A DNA stretch of 64,000 bases from the NCBI GenBank assembly GCA_976551045.1, contig CDPCPM010000281.1, positions 3,038,001 to 3,102,000 of the forward strand. Reading direction: 5' to 3'. Position 1 is the first letter of the stretch; every line of letters starts with the position of its first letter. A program made the position numbers and the translations under genes. Origin of the DNA: Glaucostegus cemiculus. Taxonomy: Eukaryota. Positions 62,585-64,000 of this stretch are shown here, one piece after another. Below the pieces are notes generated by a model, which was not told the DNA's origin, made no database searches, and worked only from the letters and a program-made list of their open reading frames with translations.

Positions 62585-63295
62585 GTTAACTTGTCAATGA
62601 ATTGACTTGTGATTTGCAGCTAGGCACAAGGCACAAGTCAGGCATGTGATGGAAAACTCTACACTTTCCTGACTGAATGCAAGTCCAGTAACACTCAAGA
62701 AGCTTGATACCATTCAGCACAATGAACCCTGAACACTCAGTCCCTCCACCATGGTGCAGCTTGGGTCTAGTGCAAACCTAACACAAATACACACTTGGGC
62801 TACTTGACAGCACCTTCCAAACCTGACTTCATTACCATCAAGAAGGAAAAAGGCAGCAGACACATGGAACACCACCACCTCCAGGATTCTCCCTATAATG
62901 GAAGTGAGTATTTTTAGGAATATCATTGAGTATACAGTGTATATAACTATTAATACAGGCACCATCATTAGTTGAGAATTTACTGCATTCACTAAAATGT
63001 GTCCTGTTGACAGCTCTTCCTCTGTCAGTTGATTTTGCAAACAGCAGTGCAGAAGAGTCTAAAGACTATACTCTCTCCAAGTCATGCACCGTGCTGTTTT
63101 GAAAAGATGACAGTGTTCTGTCATTGTTGCTGTGTTCTGTCATTGTTAAATCCTGGAACTCCCTCCCCAACAGCACTGTGGGCATACCTTCACCAGGAGG
63201 TCTGCAGTGAAGGGGGATCATCACCATTTCTCACAGACAATTAGAGAACGGCAATAAACACTGGCCTTGCAACACCCACATCACATAAAGGAAGA
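62585..63295 (+). mobile_element. Old LINE 3' fragments (two pieces, ~62585-62895 and ~63100-63295)
   Basis: caaggcacaagtcaggcatgtgatggaa..acactcaagaagcttgataccattcag and aaatcctggaactccctccccaacagcactgtggg..gcaataaa resemble a CR1-superfamily C-terminus and 3' UTR. Confidence 0.55.
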
Positions 63296-63501
63296 ATAAA
63301 AAGTCAACAAACATATATGGGATTTGTGGCAGTTTTGAGCAAGGCAAATCAAGCCACATATTCCGCCTTGCATGACTGTCAAAGAATTGCATGTGGTAGA
63401 AGCTGACTCAGGATTCCCACCCAAAATTCACACAAGGTTCTTCTATTGTGATGTCCTGCAACGGAAGAGGGGCAAGTTAGCGTGACAGTGGAAGATGACT
63501 T

Positions 63502-63520
63502 GGGGGGGGGGGGGGGGGGG
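63502..63520. repeat. Poly-G tract (19 nt)
   Basis: Directly visible. Confidence 0.9.
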
Positions 63521-64000
63521 AGAGAGGTCGATGACAAAATCAGAGAGAGGTGGGATAACATTGGAGTATGATAGAGAGGTGACCAGGGAGTCTAGGGAGA
63601 CTGAGCTTTCAATGAAATTCTATTGTTTAGCAGATGAAATCCTTGCATAGTGCATAAGAATTTCTAGGCCATTGAATTCTAAAAGGGTTAAATTCAAACC
63701 TTCAATGATCAATTTTAAAGTAGATTAAAGAAGTATAAATTATATTACAGTGTGGAGAATAAAGGACTAAGAACGTTTCCTGTTTAAATGTGAACCAGCT
63801 AGTAGTATGATTTGCATTAGTATTGTGACATTAATTGCCATTAACTTTCCAATCTTTGCAAATGACTTCATTCTATGTCTGAATTATCATTAGAAGAACA
63901 AAATATTAACTATGAATGAGACCATTTGGGGAGTCAAAGCAATGTGCATTCCCATTTGAATGAGCTCTATATCAGTACACAATGGGGACCTTTATGGTTG

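Overview
Eukaryotic, vertebrate genomic DNA. The repeat inventory (HE1/V-SINE-like, Deu-type SINE, CR1, Rex1-like, RTE and Penelope-type pieces) suggests a cartilaginous fish, probably a ray or shark; this is inference. The window holds a complete five-exon LIM-homeobox gene, LHX1, on the minus strand (CDS 13766->4571, 1233 nt, 410 aa, all introns GT-AG). About 2.2 kb past its predicted 3' end, on the same strand, lies the first coding exon of AATF (1283->1199), which the ORF track misses. The LHX1-AATF order matches the human arrangement as I recall it. Bases ~1-26.5 kb look CpG-retaining and repeat-poor; ~26.5-64 kb is a CpG-depleted, retroelement-rich gene desert with several motif-dense candidate enhancers. 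The most notable non-genic signal is a dispersed family of ~200-bp inverted-repeat elements carrying a minimal hammerhead-ribozyme motif (best copy 60509-60546), typical of Penelope-like element pseudo-LTRs. Other points: two miR-30 seed sites in the LHX1 3' UTR, an isolated 60-nt hairpin at 24387-24446, a young CR1 fragment with an intact ORF, and a three-layer nested retroelement insertion. Homology calls come from recalled family sequences, not database searches, and repeat boundaries are approximate.
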